This document shows positions 45,904 to 56,372 of a DNA stretch of 64,000 nucleotides, piece by piece. The translations under genes were made by a program, and so were the position numbers. Origin of the DNA: an uncultured Candidatus Saccharibacteria bacterium. GTDB lineage: Bacteria; Patescibacteriota; Saccharimonadia; CAILAD01; BJGX01. The notes beneath the pieces are model-generated. The model was not told the origin of the DNA and ran no database searches. It saw only the letters and a list, made by a program, of their open reading frames with translations. The stretch covers positions 70,160 through 134,159 of the forward strand of contig CAZKFZ010000002.1 of assembly GCA_964552475.1 (NCBI GenBank). The letters run 5' to 3'. Within the stretch, counting starts at the first letter, position 1; each line of letters opens with the position of its first letter.

Positions 45904-47388
45904 ATGACAATCAAGAAAATTACTCCTTATCAAATATTCGACTCTCGTGGCGAGCCAACTCTTTTAGTAATGATGTACTCAGACAATGGTCTTAAAGCGA
46001 GCTTTGGGGTGCCAGCTGGAACCAGCTTGGGTCAATTCGAGGCTGCTGAGAAGCGTGATGGTGAGGGCCCATACGGCGGTAATGGCGTACAAGGTTGTAT
46101 TGGAGTCATAAATACCGTCATTACCCCAAAGTTTATTGGCTACCCTTTAGATCAACAGGAAGATTTTGACGAACTACTGATTGCACTTGATGGCTCTGAG
46201 CGAAAAGAGAACCTTGGTGCCAACACTCTTTTGGCGCTCTCTGGTGCGTACCTTAAATTATCCGCATTAGTTAGCGAGAAACCTTTGTGGCAGTACATTG
46301 CAGAGCATAATCAGACAAGTCCAGAGTTTCCTAGGCTATTCGCAAATATTATAGGTGGTGGTATGCATGCACCTGGCTTAGATATACAGGAGTACATGGT
46401 AATACCCCAAAGCAACGCACCTAGCGCAAGTATTGCAACAATTTATGAGGTGTATCACACCATACGAACTGTTATGCAGAACCTTTATGGTCCTTCGGCT
46501 ACACTGGTAGGCGAAGAAGGAGGTCTTGCGCCAATTGGTACTAGTACAGAGGTAATACTGGAGGCTTTATCACAACTTAATACTAAGATGAGTTCAAAAT
46601 TTGATATCGCCCTAGATGCTGCCGCCAATACGTTCTTTAAGGATGGTGTATACAATATAGAAACTCAAAGCTTGCATGCTTCTGATCTTCTAAAGCTCTA
46701 CCAGGGTTGGGATGCTAAGTTTAATTTATATGCCATTGAAGACCCTTTTGCCGAAACCGATCTAGAAGGTACCGAAATAATAAAAGGTATGAAGGGCCAA
46801 AACAAACCCTTTTTAATAATAAGTGACGACTTTACAGTTACCAATAAGGCTAAAATAGAACAATTACAAGCCGATGAACTTTTCGATGGAATAATTATTA
46901 AACCCAACCAGGTAGGTACTTTTAGCGAAACATTTCAAGCGATTAGAGCAGCTCGTTCTAGTAAGGCCAAGGTAATTATTAGTCACCGTAGCGGTGAAAC
47001 CAACGATTCGCTAATAGCTGATTTGGCATATGGTGTAGGTGCTATGGGGCTTAAACTAGGAGCTCCAATTAGAGGCGAGCGTGTAGCTAAATACAATCGC
47101 TTATTAGAGATAGAAGCCGACCTAGACGCCAATCAAAAACAAGCCAGTAGTACAAATGTAGTTTCAGCTCCTACTGCTACACAAAAATCTCCCACACCTA
47201 CCACTGTAGAGGCCGCCCCACCGCCATATTCTTCGGCATATGTTGCTCCAGCGCCTTTTGTGAATCCGGCTAGTGCAAAACCCAATCAACCAAACCCAGT
47301 TTTTACCCCACCCACATCTCCTCTCAACCAATCAACCCCCAGTAATCCATCTCCAGTAGTTAACCCCACTCCACCTGCAAGCGTATAA
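45904..47388 (+). CDS. eno: Enolase, divergent, with Pro/Ser/Thr-rich C-terminal extension
   Basis: IFDSRGEPT, DIQEYM, IEDP, KPNQVG, SHRSGET, RGERVAKYN. Confidence 0.9.
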   Translation: MTIKKITPYQIFDSRGEPTLLVMMYSDNGLKASFGVPAGTSLGQFEAAEKRDGEGPYGGNGVQGCIGVINTVITPKFIGYPLDQQEDFDELLIALDGSERKENLGANTLLALSGAYLKLSALVSEKPLWQYIAEHNQTSPEFPRLFANIIGGGMHAPGLDIQEYMVIPQSNAPSASIATIYEVYHTIRTVMQNLYGPSATLVGEEGGLAPIGTSTEVILEALSQLNTKMSSKFDIALDAAANTFFKDGVYNIETQSLHASDLLKLYQGWDAKFNLYAIEDPFAETDLEGTEIIKGMKGQNKPFLIISDDFTVTNKAKIEQLQADELFDGIIIKPNQVGTFSETFQAIRAARSSKAKVIISHRSGETNDSLIADLAYGVGAMGLKLGAPIRGERVAKYNRLLEIEADLDANQKQASSTNVVSAPTATQKSPTPTTVEAAPPPYSSAYVAPAPFVNPASAKPNQPNPVFTPPTSPLNQSTPSNPSPVVNPTPPASV

Positions 47389-47421
47389 AAATATCAACAA
47401 AAACTATTTTTGCTATATAAT

Positions 47422-48294
47422 ATGGCAATGCACAGAATCACTCCTGGTAAAACAACGATAATTAAGAAGTATTTATTGCCAGCATTACTCACAATAAGTG
47501 TTGTAGTTATTTTTCAAATACTCAGGCAAAACATTATATTAGGCAATAAAACCAACTCGCCTATCCATACTCAGCCCAGCAAAATGATCAATGTTGAGGT
47601 TCCGGTCGAACAGGCTACCAAACAGCCCTCGCAAGACATACTCGCTCAAGCATCCATACCAAGAGCTATACCCATCCTTATATACCACAAAACTCCAAGC
47701 AATTTTGCTCAGCAACTAGATAATTTGGTTTCTAAGGGCTATACCACTATATCTATGAATCAGTTAGCAGACTATTTTGATGGTATAGATACCATACCCA
47801 ACAAGCCCGTAATAATTACTTTCGATGACGGTTTTAGCGATCAATTTCATGCTCTAGATCAATTACGGTTGCGCAATATGAAAGCAACTCTTTATATGAT
47901 TATCGGTGGCCCAAAATCGCTCGGATGTATTGGCATTACACGTTCAAATTTTAGTTGTGGTGACGACTATATGAATTGGACACAGCTAAAACAGCTTGCG
48001 CAATCCAACTCTATAGAAATCGCCGCCCACACCCTCAACCACCCCAATCTAACTTCTCTAACACCAGAAGAGCAAATGACTGAAATATCTGAGAGTAAAA
48101 AAATACTCGAGACCGAACTGGGTAAACCAATCACCTCTTTGGCTTATCCTTATGGCAGGTTTAATAACACTACTGTTGATTTGGCAAAAAAAGCCGGATT
48201 CCGCACTGCCGTCACAACAGTAGATGGCTATATTCAAAGTTCACAAAACAGACTCTCTCTTATGAGGGTACGTAGTGCACTTACGCTACCTTAA
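47422..48294 (+). CDS. Polysaccharide deacetylase (NodB/CE4), membrane-anchored
   Basis: PILIYH, ITFDDG, HTLNH, AYPYG. Confidence 0.9.
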   Translation: MAMHRITPGKTTIIKKYLLPALLTISVVVIFQILRQNIILGNKTNSPIHTQPSKMINVEVPVEQATKQPSQDILAQASIPRAIPILIYHKTPSNFAQQLDNLVSKGYTTISMNQLADYFDGIDTIPNKPVIITFDDGFSDQFHALDQLRLRNMKATLYMIIGGPKSLGCIGITRSNFSCGDDYMNWTQLKQLAQSNSIEIAAHTLNHPNLTSLTPEEQMTEISESKKILETELGKPITSLAYPYGRFNNTTVDLAKKAGFRTAVTTVDGYIQSSQNRLSLMRVRSALTLP

Positions 48295-48362
48295 AATTTA
48301 CATATAGTTATTATTCTGATATTATTTTCTAATATTTGTACCATATAGTTAGGAGCTACTAC

Positions 48363-48683
48363 GTGCCGGGTTACCGAGTAGAGGTAGAATGGCAAATATC
48401 CGACCTACGTTTTAGCAGAATATTCTCGACCGAACAGTTTCCAGATATTTTAGAATTATTAAGAGAGTATTGCGAGATAAAGACCTACAATACCTTATGT
48501 GATTTTGTGTTTTTTGATGTATACATCGACGCCACTAGCTCTGATGCTGCTGAAGAGATGGCTGTAGAATATACAAAAGAATCTTTATTAAGAGTGATTA
48601 GTAGTAACGATATACTCTTGTTCTACGTAAAAGCGTTACCTGTAGACGATCGCAAAAATATAGTAGCTATAAGTAACACCTAA
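48363..48683 (+). CDS. Hypothetical protein (likely start GTG 48363)
   Basis: AGGAG SD at 48351 preceded by GTACC; terminator AATCCCTAA..TTAGGGATTTTT after. Confidence 0.6.
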   Translation: MPGYRVEVEWQISDLRFSRIFSTEQFPDILELLREYCEIKTYNTLCDFVFFDVYIDATSSDAAEEMAVEYTKESLLRVISSNDILLFYVKALPVDDRKNIVAISNT

Positions 48684-48767
48684 TAGTCTAATCCCTAATA
48701 TTGTTTTTAGGGATTTTTATTTTGTAAACGCTTAAGCTATAATTAATCTAAATAAAAAGGATACAAA

Positions 48768-49331
48768 ATGACAATAAACATAGCCGGTCCATTTGAATTA
48801 TTAGATCCAGACACACCATTAGTTTTTAAAGATGGCAACGATATATATGGTGCATTTCAAAAGCAATACGAAACACACAAAAAAGGGTTTTTCATTCTAG
48901 CCCCGTCTGGTGCAGGAAAAACACATTTTATTAAGAACCAGGATAAAAATGAGTGGATTGATGGTGACGACTTATGGCAAGCTACAAATGCACACCCTAA
49001 TAATGACTGGTGGCTTGAGTCTTTAGAGGCAATTAATGAAATAGACGCAAGATGCGATGTAGTTACCCAGCAAGCAAAGAAACTTGGCTTTTGGATACTC
49101 GGTGCTTCTAATTTATGGTTAGCACCAGATGCAATCGTTATTCCTGATTGGGAAACACATAAGTCATGGATAAAACACCGTGAAGAAACAAATTACGATG
49201 GAGGTGCAAAATCAGATGCACTTGAAGGTGTACAGAGTCATAGAGCTGCGATAGAAGAGTGGGCAAAAAGGGGTGTGCCAAAGTTCGAAACAGTTGGTGA
49301 AGCAGCGGAATACTTAACTTCTAGTCTTTAG
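48768..49331 (+). CDS. P-loop kinase-like protein
   Basis: ILAPSGAGKT Walker A, IDGDD. Confidence 0.7.
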   Translation: MTINIAGPFELLDPDTPLVFKDGNDIYGAFQKQYETHKKGFFILAPSGAGKTHFIKNQDKNEWIDGDDLWQATNAHPNNDWWLESLEAINEIDARCDVVTQQAKKLGFWILGASNLWLAPDAIVIPDWETHKSWIKHREETNYDGGAKSDALEGVQSHRAAIEEWAKRGVPKFETVGEAAEYLTSSL

Positions 49332-50276
49332 CGGAACTTCGTACTGCTTGCCTGCGATTGTACTTTTAGCTTTTCCTTCTTGGGGTATATCAATAGTTAT
49401 GCCTGCGCCGTAATCAACTAAGAAAGTGTCGTCCTTCTCTTTACCAGCTATCTCGCGTTTTACTAAAGGACTTATAGTGTCATAGTGAGTGGCAGCCCAA
49501 ATAACTAGTCTTCTTCCTGGGTGTGATTTGTGGTATGCTTCGGCGTAACGAGCCAAAGTATCTACTGCACTTATCGTTCTATCGGCAATATCATCTGGAC
49601 CCTCTGCTCCCATCGCAACCCTCTCTTCTGCATGATGGTCACCTTCGAATGCTATCCAAAAAGCTTGAGTCTTTTTACCATGCTTTTCTTCTAGCATGTC
49701 TATATATTCAGGACTTTTGTCAAAAGCCTGGGGTTCTCTCAAGCGAGGTTCTATGCGAGGTTGACCCTTTGCTAATTGACCCCCAAGGGTGCGTACAGGA
49801 GTTGTATTATTAATAATTCTATCTTCACCGAGCCCAGCGTCTTCAAGGGCTTCTTGCATACCTTTCTGTACAGCGGTTGCGGTTTCTAAACTTCTTCTGC
49901 CACCACCCATATATTGTGTGTCGCTTGCAATTATTAGTATGTCAAGTGTATCCCATTCATCTTCTGGAATCTCTGACAACAAACCCTCTACAAAACTTCT
50001 GGCTTTATCTTCTTGGTCGTTTTCTGACTCTAAAGTAAGACTTCCAACTCTTGGGTCAGATACTTCTGTTATGTATTTACCGTGTCGTTGCAATACTATT
50101 TCAGTACCTCCAACACCGAGGTCGTGTGGCTGAATTTCATCCGCAAAGATCTTTTCGGGTAGTTCGTTTTGCTCTCTGAGTGACTCGCGTAATTGATCGT
50201 AAACACTAGGCTTACCTTCGTTGTTACTACCCTCGTCAGAACTAGACGGTTCTGATCCAATGTTTCTACCAGCCAT
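49314..50276 (-). CDS. Histidine phosphatase-like protein
   Basis: VLQRHG, RSLETA, LREP, ATH motifs. Confidence 0.7.
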   Translation of the reverse strand: MAGRNIGSEPSSSDEGSNNEGKPSVYDQLRESLREQNELPEKIFADEIQPHDLGVGGTEIVLQRHGKYITEVSDPRVGSLTLESENDQEDKARSFVEGLLSEIPEDEWDTLDILIIASDTQYMGGGRRSLETATAVQKGMQEALEDAGLGEDRIINNTTPVRTLGGQLAKGQPRIEPRLREPQAFDKSPEYIDMLEEKHGKKTQAFWIAFEGDHHAEERVAMGAEGPDDIADRTISAVDTLARYAEAYHKSHPGRRLVIWAATHYDTISPLVKREIAGKEKDDTFLVDYGAGITIDIPQEGKAKSTIAGKQYEVPLKTRS

Positions 50277-50314
50277 ACAATCCTCCTTTTGGTTTATGTG
50301 TACACAGAATGATA

Positions 50315-51064
50315 TTAAGGTTTAAAGGTATTGTGAATTTCGTCAAAAGCATTTTCGTATTTTTGATAGTTCTCTACTGGGGCTTGAGTAACCAGGGTGT
50401 AAACAGAGTTGTCTGGTTTTTTAAGTATAGTGATTTTAGCTTTAATCTTACCATTTTCACCATTATAAGTAATTATTAGGCGTAATACATCGTTCCCATT
50501 TACCGTATCGCGTGACTCGTAGACAACCTCAGAACCACTATATTTAGATTTAATACTATCGCGAATAGCATTTAGCACATCAGATTTATAGCCGTTTGCA
50601 GGAGCTGCAATATAAACTATCTCGGTCTGACCATAAACCTTACCCGTATTGTCTGAGGTGGCATCTTTAAATATATAGCCTTGGGCACCATCTTGGTTTT
50701 CGGCCTCGCGCGTCCAGCCTTTAGGGTACATAACTGTGTAATTAGGGCTAGCATTGGTAAAGCTCTCTAGGGTAATTTTTGAACTCGCAGCGGCAGCTAT
50801 AATAATGATAATAACTACTAGCGTAATAAGCATATTAATTATTGATATAATTAGCCCAGCAACTGCCAAGCCCTTACCTTTTTCATTTCTCTTAGATGTT
50901 TGAGAGATGCCAATAATTGAGCAAATAAAGCCTACTAAAGGAATAATAAAAGCCATTATAAGACCAACTATAGCTAGGGTGTTGGTTTTTTGAGGAGCAG
51001 CAGGTGTTACTGCTTCAGATAGTTTGGTGTCGTCTTTTTTTGGTTCATTGACTTGTTCTGGCAT
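50315..51064 (-). CDS. DUF4190 + PsbP-like membrane protein
   Basis: TNTLAIVGL...G.GLAVAGLII; YPKGW...I..TF. Confidence 0.7.
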   Translation of the reverse strand: MPEQVNEPKKDDTKLSEAVTPAAPQKTNTLAIVGLIMAFIIPLVGFICSIIGISQTSKRNEKGKGLAVAGLIISIINMLITLVVIIIIIAAAASSKITLESFTNASPNYTVMYPKGWTREAENQDGAQGYIFKDATSDNTGKVYGQTEIVYIAAPANGYKSDVLNAIRDSIKSKYSGSEVVYESRDTVNGNDVLRLIITYNGENGKIKAKITILKKPDNSVYTLVTQAPVENYQKYENAFDEIHNTFKP

Positions 51065-51124
51065 GGTGCTCCTAGTTATTTATACCTATATTATACACCT
51101 ACCAACAAGATTATTCGAGGTACT

Positions 51125-52945
51125 CTACTCCAACACAGCCTTTATACGTCTTACACCGGCCGAGCTAGATTCTTCTTTTACAATCTTAAACTTACCAATT
51201 TCGCCAGTATGTTCTACGTGGGGGCCACCGCAAATTTCTTTGCTGTAATATTCACCATTGGGGTCACCAACTGTATATACCTTAACAACATCTGGATATT
51301 TTTCACCAAATGCTCCAAGCGCGCCTTGTGCAAAAGCCTCATTTTTAGGTAGTTCTTCAAAACTCATAGGCAAATCTTTTTGAATTGTGTCATTTACTAT
51401 TTGCTCAACCTTAGCAGTTTCTTCTGGAGTCATTTTTTGGGGATGAGAGAAATCAAACCGCATTCGCTCGGCGGTAATATTACTACCTCGTTGCATTACA
51501 TGTTCACCCAACACCTCTCGCAAGGCTTTGTACATTAAATGAGTGGCGCTATGATAACGAGTTACAACTTCACTATCGTCTGCCAACCCTCCCTTAAACT
51601 GCCCAGCACTCGCAGTTCGGCTACGCTGCTTTTGTATTTCCATTGCCTTAGCAAACTCGGCTTCAAAATCTGTAGCAATCACAATATTTTGACGTTTGGC
51701 CTCTTCAATACTTAATTCTTTAGGGAAACCATAAGTGTCATAAAGTGTAAAAGCATCTTCACCGCCCAAGTCTTTTTTATTTCGGAGCATTTTTTCGAAC
51801 TCTTTTAGACCTCTAGTAAGTGTTTGACGAAAGGCATTCTCTTCTCTTCGCAATACATTCATTATTTCGGTAGGATTTTGCAACTCGGTATATACGTCTT
51901 CATATAACGAAATTACTCTTGGCGCAATTCTTTCAAACAAACCTTGGTGTATACCTATAACTAAGGCCTCTCGTATGGCTCGGCGAGCCAAGCGTCGCAT
52001 AACATAGCCAGCATCTTTATTGCTAGGCACAACTCCATCGGCAGCCATAAATGTTATAGCCCTAGTGTGGTCGGTAATAATTCGTACCGCACGCAAAGAA
52101 GACTCTGGGCTAGTTTCTTGAAATATTTCTTTGTGAGTTTCTAAAGCATAAGACTCTACAGCTTCTTTTATTTGCTTGAGCACATCGGTATCGTAAACAT
52201 TATCTACGCCCTGCAAAACAGCCGCAATGCGCTCCATACCCATACCGGTATCAACGTTTTTATTTGCAAGCTCGGTGTAGCTACCATCTTCTTGGCGCTG
52301 GTAAGCCATAAATACATTGTTCCATATCTCTACAAAGTCTGGGTTTTCGGTATCAAACTTGGGTTTATTATCACTACCGAGATAATAAAAAATCTCTGTA
52401 TCGGGTCCGGCTGGGCCGGTTTCTACACCGCCCTGCTCCCACCAATTGTCGTCTCGGCCAAGTGCTAGTATACGGTCTCCCTCTTTTGTTACGATGCCGG
52501 CTTTTTGGTACTCTTGTATCCAAAGCTCAATAGACTCTTCGTCTTTAGGCACCTCACCGTCGCCTTTATAGACAGATACATAGAGTTTTTGGGGGTCTAA
52601 GCCCAACCAATCTTTGCTAGTTAAAAACTCCCAGCTCCACGGAATAGACTCGGCCTTAAAATAGTCGCCCAAACTCCAATTGCCGAGCATCTCAAAAAAT
52701 GTTAGGTGTGTAGCATCACCCACCTCTTCTATATCGGTAGTACGCACACATTTTTGAGAGTCTACTAGCCTCTTACCCTGTGGGTGCGGTTGACCCAAAA
52801 GGTACGGTACAAGTGGATGCATACCGGCGGTAGTAAATAGTACAGTTGGGTCGTGTTCGGGTACCACCGGGGCACTGGGTATAACTACGTGATCTTTGGT
52901 TTTAAAAAACTCTAAGAATTTAGAACGTATTTCTGCAGTTGTCAT
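51125..52945 (-). CDS. alaS: Alanine--tRNA ligase (short, lacks C-Ala)
   Basis: LFTTAGM, HLTFFEMLGN, DTGMGMER, HSATH, EICGGPHV, GVRRI. Confidence 0.97.
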   Translation of the reverse strand: MTTAEIRSKFLEFFKTKDHVVIPSAPVVPEHDPTVLFTTAGMHPLVPYLLGQPHPQGKRLVDSQKCVRTTDIEEVGDATHLTFFEMLGNWSLGDYFKAESIPWSWEFLTSKDWLGLDPQKLYVSVYKGDGEVPKDEESIELWIQEYQKAGIVTKEGDRILALGRDDNWWEQGGVETGPAGPDTEIFYYLGSDNKPKFDTENPDFVEIWNNVFMAYQRQEDGSYTELANKNVDTGMGMERIAAVLQGVDNVYDTDVLKQIKEAVESYALETHKEIFQETSPESSLRAVRIITDHTRAITFMAADGVVPSNKDAGYVMRRLARRAIREALVIGIHQGLFERIAPRVISLYEDVYTELQNPTEIMNVLRREENAFRQTLTRGLKEFEKMLRNKKDLGGEDAFTLYDTYGFPKELSIEEAKRQNIVIATDFEAEFAKAMEIQKQRSRTASAGQFKGGLADDSEVVTRYHSATHLMYKALREVLGEHVMQRGSNITAERMRFDFSHPQKMTPEETAKVEQIVNDTIQKDLPMSFEELPKNEAFAQGALGAFGEKYPDVVKVYTVGDPNGEYYSKEICGGPHVEHTGEIGKFKIVKEESSSAGVRRIKAVLE

Positions 52946-52999
52946 GCAGATAATTATAGCAGATTAACAGGTTGAGAGCTAATTTCTAATCTTCTAGTT

Positions 53000-53656
53000 T
53001 TACAGTTTTTGAGCCCCTGAGAATGCTTTTAGTAGCTCTGCTTTTTGCTTGTTTTGTAAATCTATTGTGGCGGCGTTATTTGAACAGTTTGCTTGTGGTG
53101 GTGAATAACCCAATACAAATGTGCCCAGATTTTTCTGTTCTGTAGGGCCAGCCTCGGTTGTATTTGAAAACTTAGATATTGCACCAAGTGGTAAAACTCC
53201 TGGAGCACAGTATTTTGCTGCATCGCTACTATCGGCTCCCCATGCACTACTCATAAGTGATTTGGTAGAGAAAAATACAGTCTTGTCATTTACAAAGTAC
53301 TGCAAATCTTTGATACCATCGGTTACCGGTAGTTTAAAACCTAATTCTTTTACCTCTACAAAGTTTGAGCTGGTAAGCGCATTGGTAGCAGCGGTAGTGG
53401 CTGCACTAGCAGCTGCGGCAGCAGCATCTTCTAGAGTCTTTTTCTTGTTTTGTAGCTCAGTTATTTGGGCTTGTTGGTCAGTTACTTTCTTGTTTAGGTT
53501 TTTTATGTTCATATAGCTATAAATTGATACTGCAACTAGAGCAAAGGATAGTATTACAGCTAAAATAATCCATAATTTAGAGCTTTTAGCTGAGCTATCT
53601 GTATGTTCTGTGGGGAGTGGATTGAGATTGTTTTTATGTGTTGGCTTCTGTACCAT
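53000..53656 (-). CDS. Single-pass surface protein with coiled coil (paralog family)
   Basis: TM, coiled coil, EVKELGFKL motif, Cys pair. Confidence 0.75.
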   Translation of the reverse strand: MVQKPTHKNNLNPLPTEHTDSSAKSSKLWIILAVILSFALVAVSIYSYMNIKNLNKKVTDQQAQITELQNKKKTLEDAAAAAASAATTAATNALTSSNFVEVKELGFKLPVTDGIKDLQYFVNDKTVFFSTKSLMSSAWGADSSDAAKYCAPGVLPLGAISKFSNTTEAGPTEQKNLGTFVLGYSPPQANCSNNAATIDLQNKQKAELLKAFSGAQKL

Positions 53657-53676
53657 TTATTACCTCTTTAGTTATT

Positions 53677-54261
53677 TTATGTAGTTGGGGTTGTAGTACT
53701 AGCTTGAAACCAAGCAGCTGGTAGATCGTATGATTGTCCAGTAGCTTTAGATATTGGTGAAGCAGTAGTAATTACCAGCGCCCAGCTACCATCTAGTTTT
53801 TTAAATACATAGGTTTTAGAACTGCCAGGCACTGTGGTAGAACCCTGCTGACAACTGGCTATTAGACGAGCAGACTCTTTATTGTCTGAAAACTCAACGT
53901 CTTGTTTAGAAGTTCCTACAGTTCCAATTACAAAGGTGTAATTTTTGTTGGTTGTAGGATCTTTTTGTGACTCGCAACTAGCTTTGGCCATATTCAAAAC
54001 TACATTCTTATCGCTCAATTTTTCTTCATGTTCACTTACCATGCTCTTGAGAGCATTTATTTCGGCACCAAGATTCCCTACCTTGGTGCGGTACTGTTGC
54101 CATTTATAGTAACCAAAAGCACTTACAACTATTAGGGCAATAATTGCTACAATAGCAATAATCATCCAGATTTTTCCGCTCTTTTGTGATTCTACCGGAG
54201 CCATCACCTCAGATTGAGGGACTTGAGGTTGAGGGGTGGGTACATTAATTTGTTCTTCCAT
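53677..54261 (-). CDS. Single-pass surface protein with coiled coil
   Basis: Pro/Gln N-terminus, TM, coiled coil, Cys pair, FKKLDGSW. Confidence 0.75.
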   Translation of the reverse strand: MEEQINVPTPQPQVPQSEVMAPVESQKSGKIWMIIAIVAIIALIVVSAFGYYKWQQYRTKVGNLGAEINALKSMVSEHEEKLSDKNVVLNMAKASCESQKDPTTNKNYTFVIGTVGTSKQDVEFSDNKESARLIASCQQGSTTVPGSSKTYVFKKLDGSWALVITTASPISKATGQSYDLPAAWFQASTTTPTT

Positions 54262-54273
54262 AATTTTCCTTTC

Positions 54274-54975
54274 TTATTGTTTTGTAGAAGCAGGAATTGC
54301 TTCCAGGGTTTTAAATGCTGCTTTGAATGCTGAAATTTGTTTTTGCTCTATAGTTTTTACCGATTCGGTTTCTGAACAATCCGACTCTGGGCTCACAAAA
54401 ATGTAGAAAAATTCGCCAATTTTTTTCGCATCTTGTACTTTATCTATTGTGGTGTCGTTGATTTCTTTACCAGCCTTACCTCTTACTATTTCACCTATGG
54501 CGTTATCGGAAGGATTACAGGTAGTAGAACTACCATTTTTACCGGCATCTACATATGCAGCATTCATAAGGCCTTGGCTAGAAAATGGAGCTGAACCATT
54601 ATTGATATTGGCAACATAAATAGGTAGAGCAATATCGGCAGTCTTTTTAAATCTTACGCCAAACTCTTTTATCTCAAAAAACTGCGAGCTCTGAGTGGTA
54701 GTAGTGTTACTGCTAGAGCTTGCCGAATTTAGCGACTCTTCTAGCTCTTTGTTCTTAGCTTGCAGATCGCCCACTTCGCTCTGTAGGCTAGCAACTTGTT
54801 TTTTAAACTTAGTGGCTTGTGAATAGTAATATGCCGTGACACCAATAAGTGCTACGAGCATTAATACCACGACCACAATAATTGCTACTTTGGCTAAATT
54901 ATTTGGAGCAGGGCTTTGAGCTTGCAAATACGGGTCTGAAAAACTATCTTGGGTGGGTGGTATTTGGGGGTTCAT
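54274..54975 (-). CDS. Single-pass surface protein with coiled coil (paralog family)
   Basis: TM, coiled coil, EIKEFGVRF motif, Cys pair. Confidence 0.75.
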   Translation of the reverse strand: MNPQIPPTQDSFSDPYLQAQSPAPNNLAKVAIIVVVVLMLVALIGVTAYYYSQATKFKKQVASLQSEVGDLQAKNKELEESLNSASSSSNTTTTQSSQFFEIKEFGVRFKKTADIALPIYVANINNGSAPFSSQGLMNAAYVDAGKNGSSTTCNPSDNAIGEIVRGKAGKEINDTTIDKVQDAKKIGEFFYIFVSPESDCSETESVKTIEQKQISAFKAAFKTLEAIPASTKQ

Positions 54976-55322
54976 ACTAACGACTTTTTAGGATGTGGTT
55001 TGAAGCTTAAAATGTCTTCTGGGTCGATAAAAATTCTGAGTAGCAAACTCACTTTTTGCAACATGCTTGTCGTATTTTTCAAGGTTGTCTTTTGAGTTAC
55101 GCTTAACTATTGGTAGAATATGATACAAATCAACCGTTGATTTTGTTTTTGTTGCCGTCAAAACGCTTATATTTTTATTTTTATGAAATTCGAGCGAATT
55201 CATAGCTTCTATTATAGCATAAGCAGTTAACGATATTGCAAGTAAGATGTAACTATGTTATAAATACTCTGATTCGCACCTTCTAAAAAAGGAACAAGAC
55301 ATTGGTAGTAAAGGTAGCTTAG

Positions 55323-56114
55323 ATGTTTATGCTAGTCTTACAACTACTTGGTATGGTTTTTTGGTTTATAGTTGCATTAGTTGTTGGCCTAGTAATGGCA
55401 AACGACAAAGCTGCAGATAAATTCTATAACTCCACAAGTAGGATTGCTAGAATATTTAGTCTAAACACACTCTACGCTCTTAGATGGTATATAGTTATGC
55501 CGTTTTATTGGGCGATATGTAGACTAGGCATGAAGTTCAACAAGATTGACGATCAATCGCCAGTTAGAGCTTATAAGTACGCTATGTTGGGATTTGACTA
55601 CTCTACTAAGTCGGTAAATACCTACATCCCCAGTACCTGTACCAAAGATCAATATCGAATCAATTATTCTACTACCGACGTGGCACGTTGTCGCTCGGGG
55701 CACAATCACCCTTCACCAGACAACCTCTGCCTTTGTGGTTTTTATGGAATAAAGAGGAGATCTTTGCTCTCAAAAATAAAGGGTAATTGGCGACCGGGCA
55801 GAAATGCTAGTACGCAACTCTTTATCTTAGAAGTAGAGCATTATGGCAAAGTAGTAGAAAGTATCTTTGGGTATCGTTCAGAAAAGCAGCGTGTACTGAA
55901 AGTTTTTGCAAAAAAAAGATGTGCTTTCTGCACTATTTACTGTCGACACAAACCTTTTTATAGACGTAGAGAGGCTATTGGCTTTGCAGTGTATAAAAGC
56001 CCTTTCGATGTAAACAGAATAGTTCTACCAGTGTGTAAAAAGCACAGTCCCAAAAGAATAATTACAATTCAAGATGTTGCCGATGGTCTTGGTACCGAGG
56101 TGGCGTGGATCTAA
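55323..56114 (+). CDS. Membrane-anchored Cys/His-rich protein (HxxPxxxCxCGFY-type), paralog A
   Basis: C..HPSPDNLCLCGFYG, EHYGKVVE...GYRS, CAFC, PVCKKH, TIQD. Confidence 0.75.
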   Translation: MFMLVLQLLGMVFWFIVALVVGLVMANDKAADKFYNSTSRIARIFSLNTLYALRWYIVMPFYWAICRLGMKFNKIDDQSPVRAYKYAMLGFDYSTKSVNTYIPSTCTKDQYRINYSTTDVARCRSGHNHPSPDNLCLCGFYGIKRRSLLSKIKGNWRPGRNASTQLFILEVEHYGKVVESIFGYRSEKQRVLKVFAKKRCAFCTIYCRHKPFYRRREAIGFAVYKSPFDVNRIVLPVCKKHSPKRIITIQDVADGLGTEVAWI

Positions 56115-56228
56115 ATATCCCTTAGAAATCTAGGGGATTTTATTTTATAACATATATAACGATTGCAAATGATTAATATATATGTTATAAATGATTTGTT
56201 TTATGCACCTCAACAAAAGGAATACACA

Positions 56229-56372
56229 ATGGCCGATATCGGCAAGCCACGTAGAACTATTGAGATAGATCCTGTTGAAGTTCCTGATAGTCCTGCCGAG
56301 ATACCAGTAGATGATCCGGCACGCGAACCTAACCCAGTAGAAGAGCCAGAGAAGGTTCCAGTAGATGTCTAA
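56229..56372 (+). CDS. 47-aa Pro/Glu/Val-rich peptide
   Basis: AAAGGA SD; MADIGKPRRTIEIDPVEVPDSPAEIPVDDPAREPNPVEEPEKVPVDV*; overlaps the next start (ATGTCTAA). Confidence 0.75.
   Translation: MADIGKPRRTIEIDPVEVPDSPAEIPVDDPAREPNPVEEPEKVPVDV

Noticed and set aside
54988-55203. 71-aa minus ORF upstream of the surface-protein array
   Set aside because: Has a plausible leaderless -10 but no recognisable features; may be only a leader
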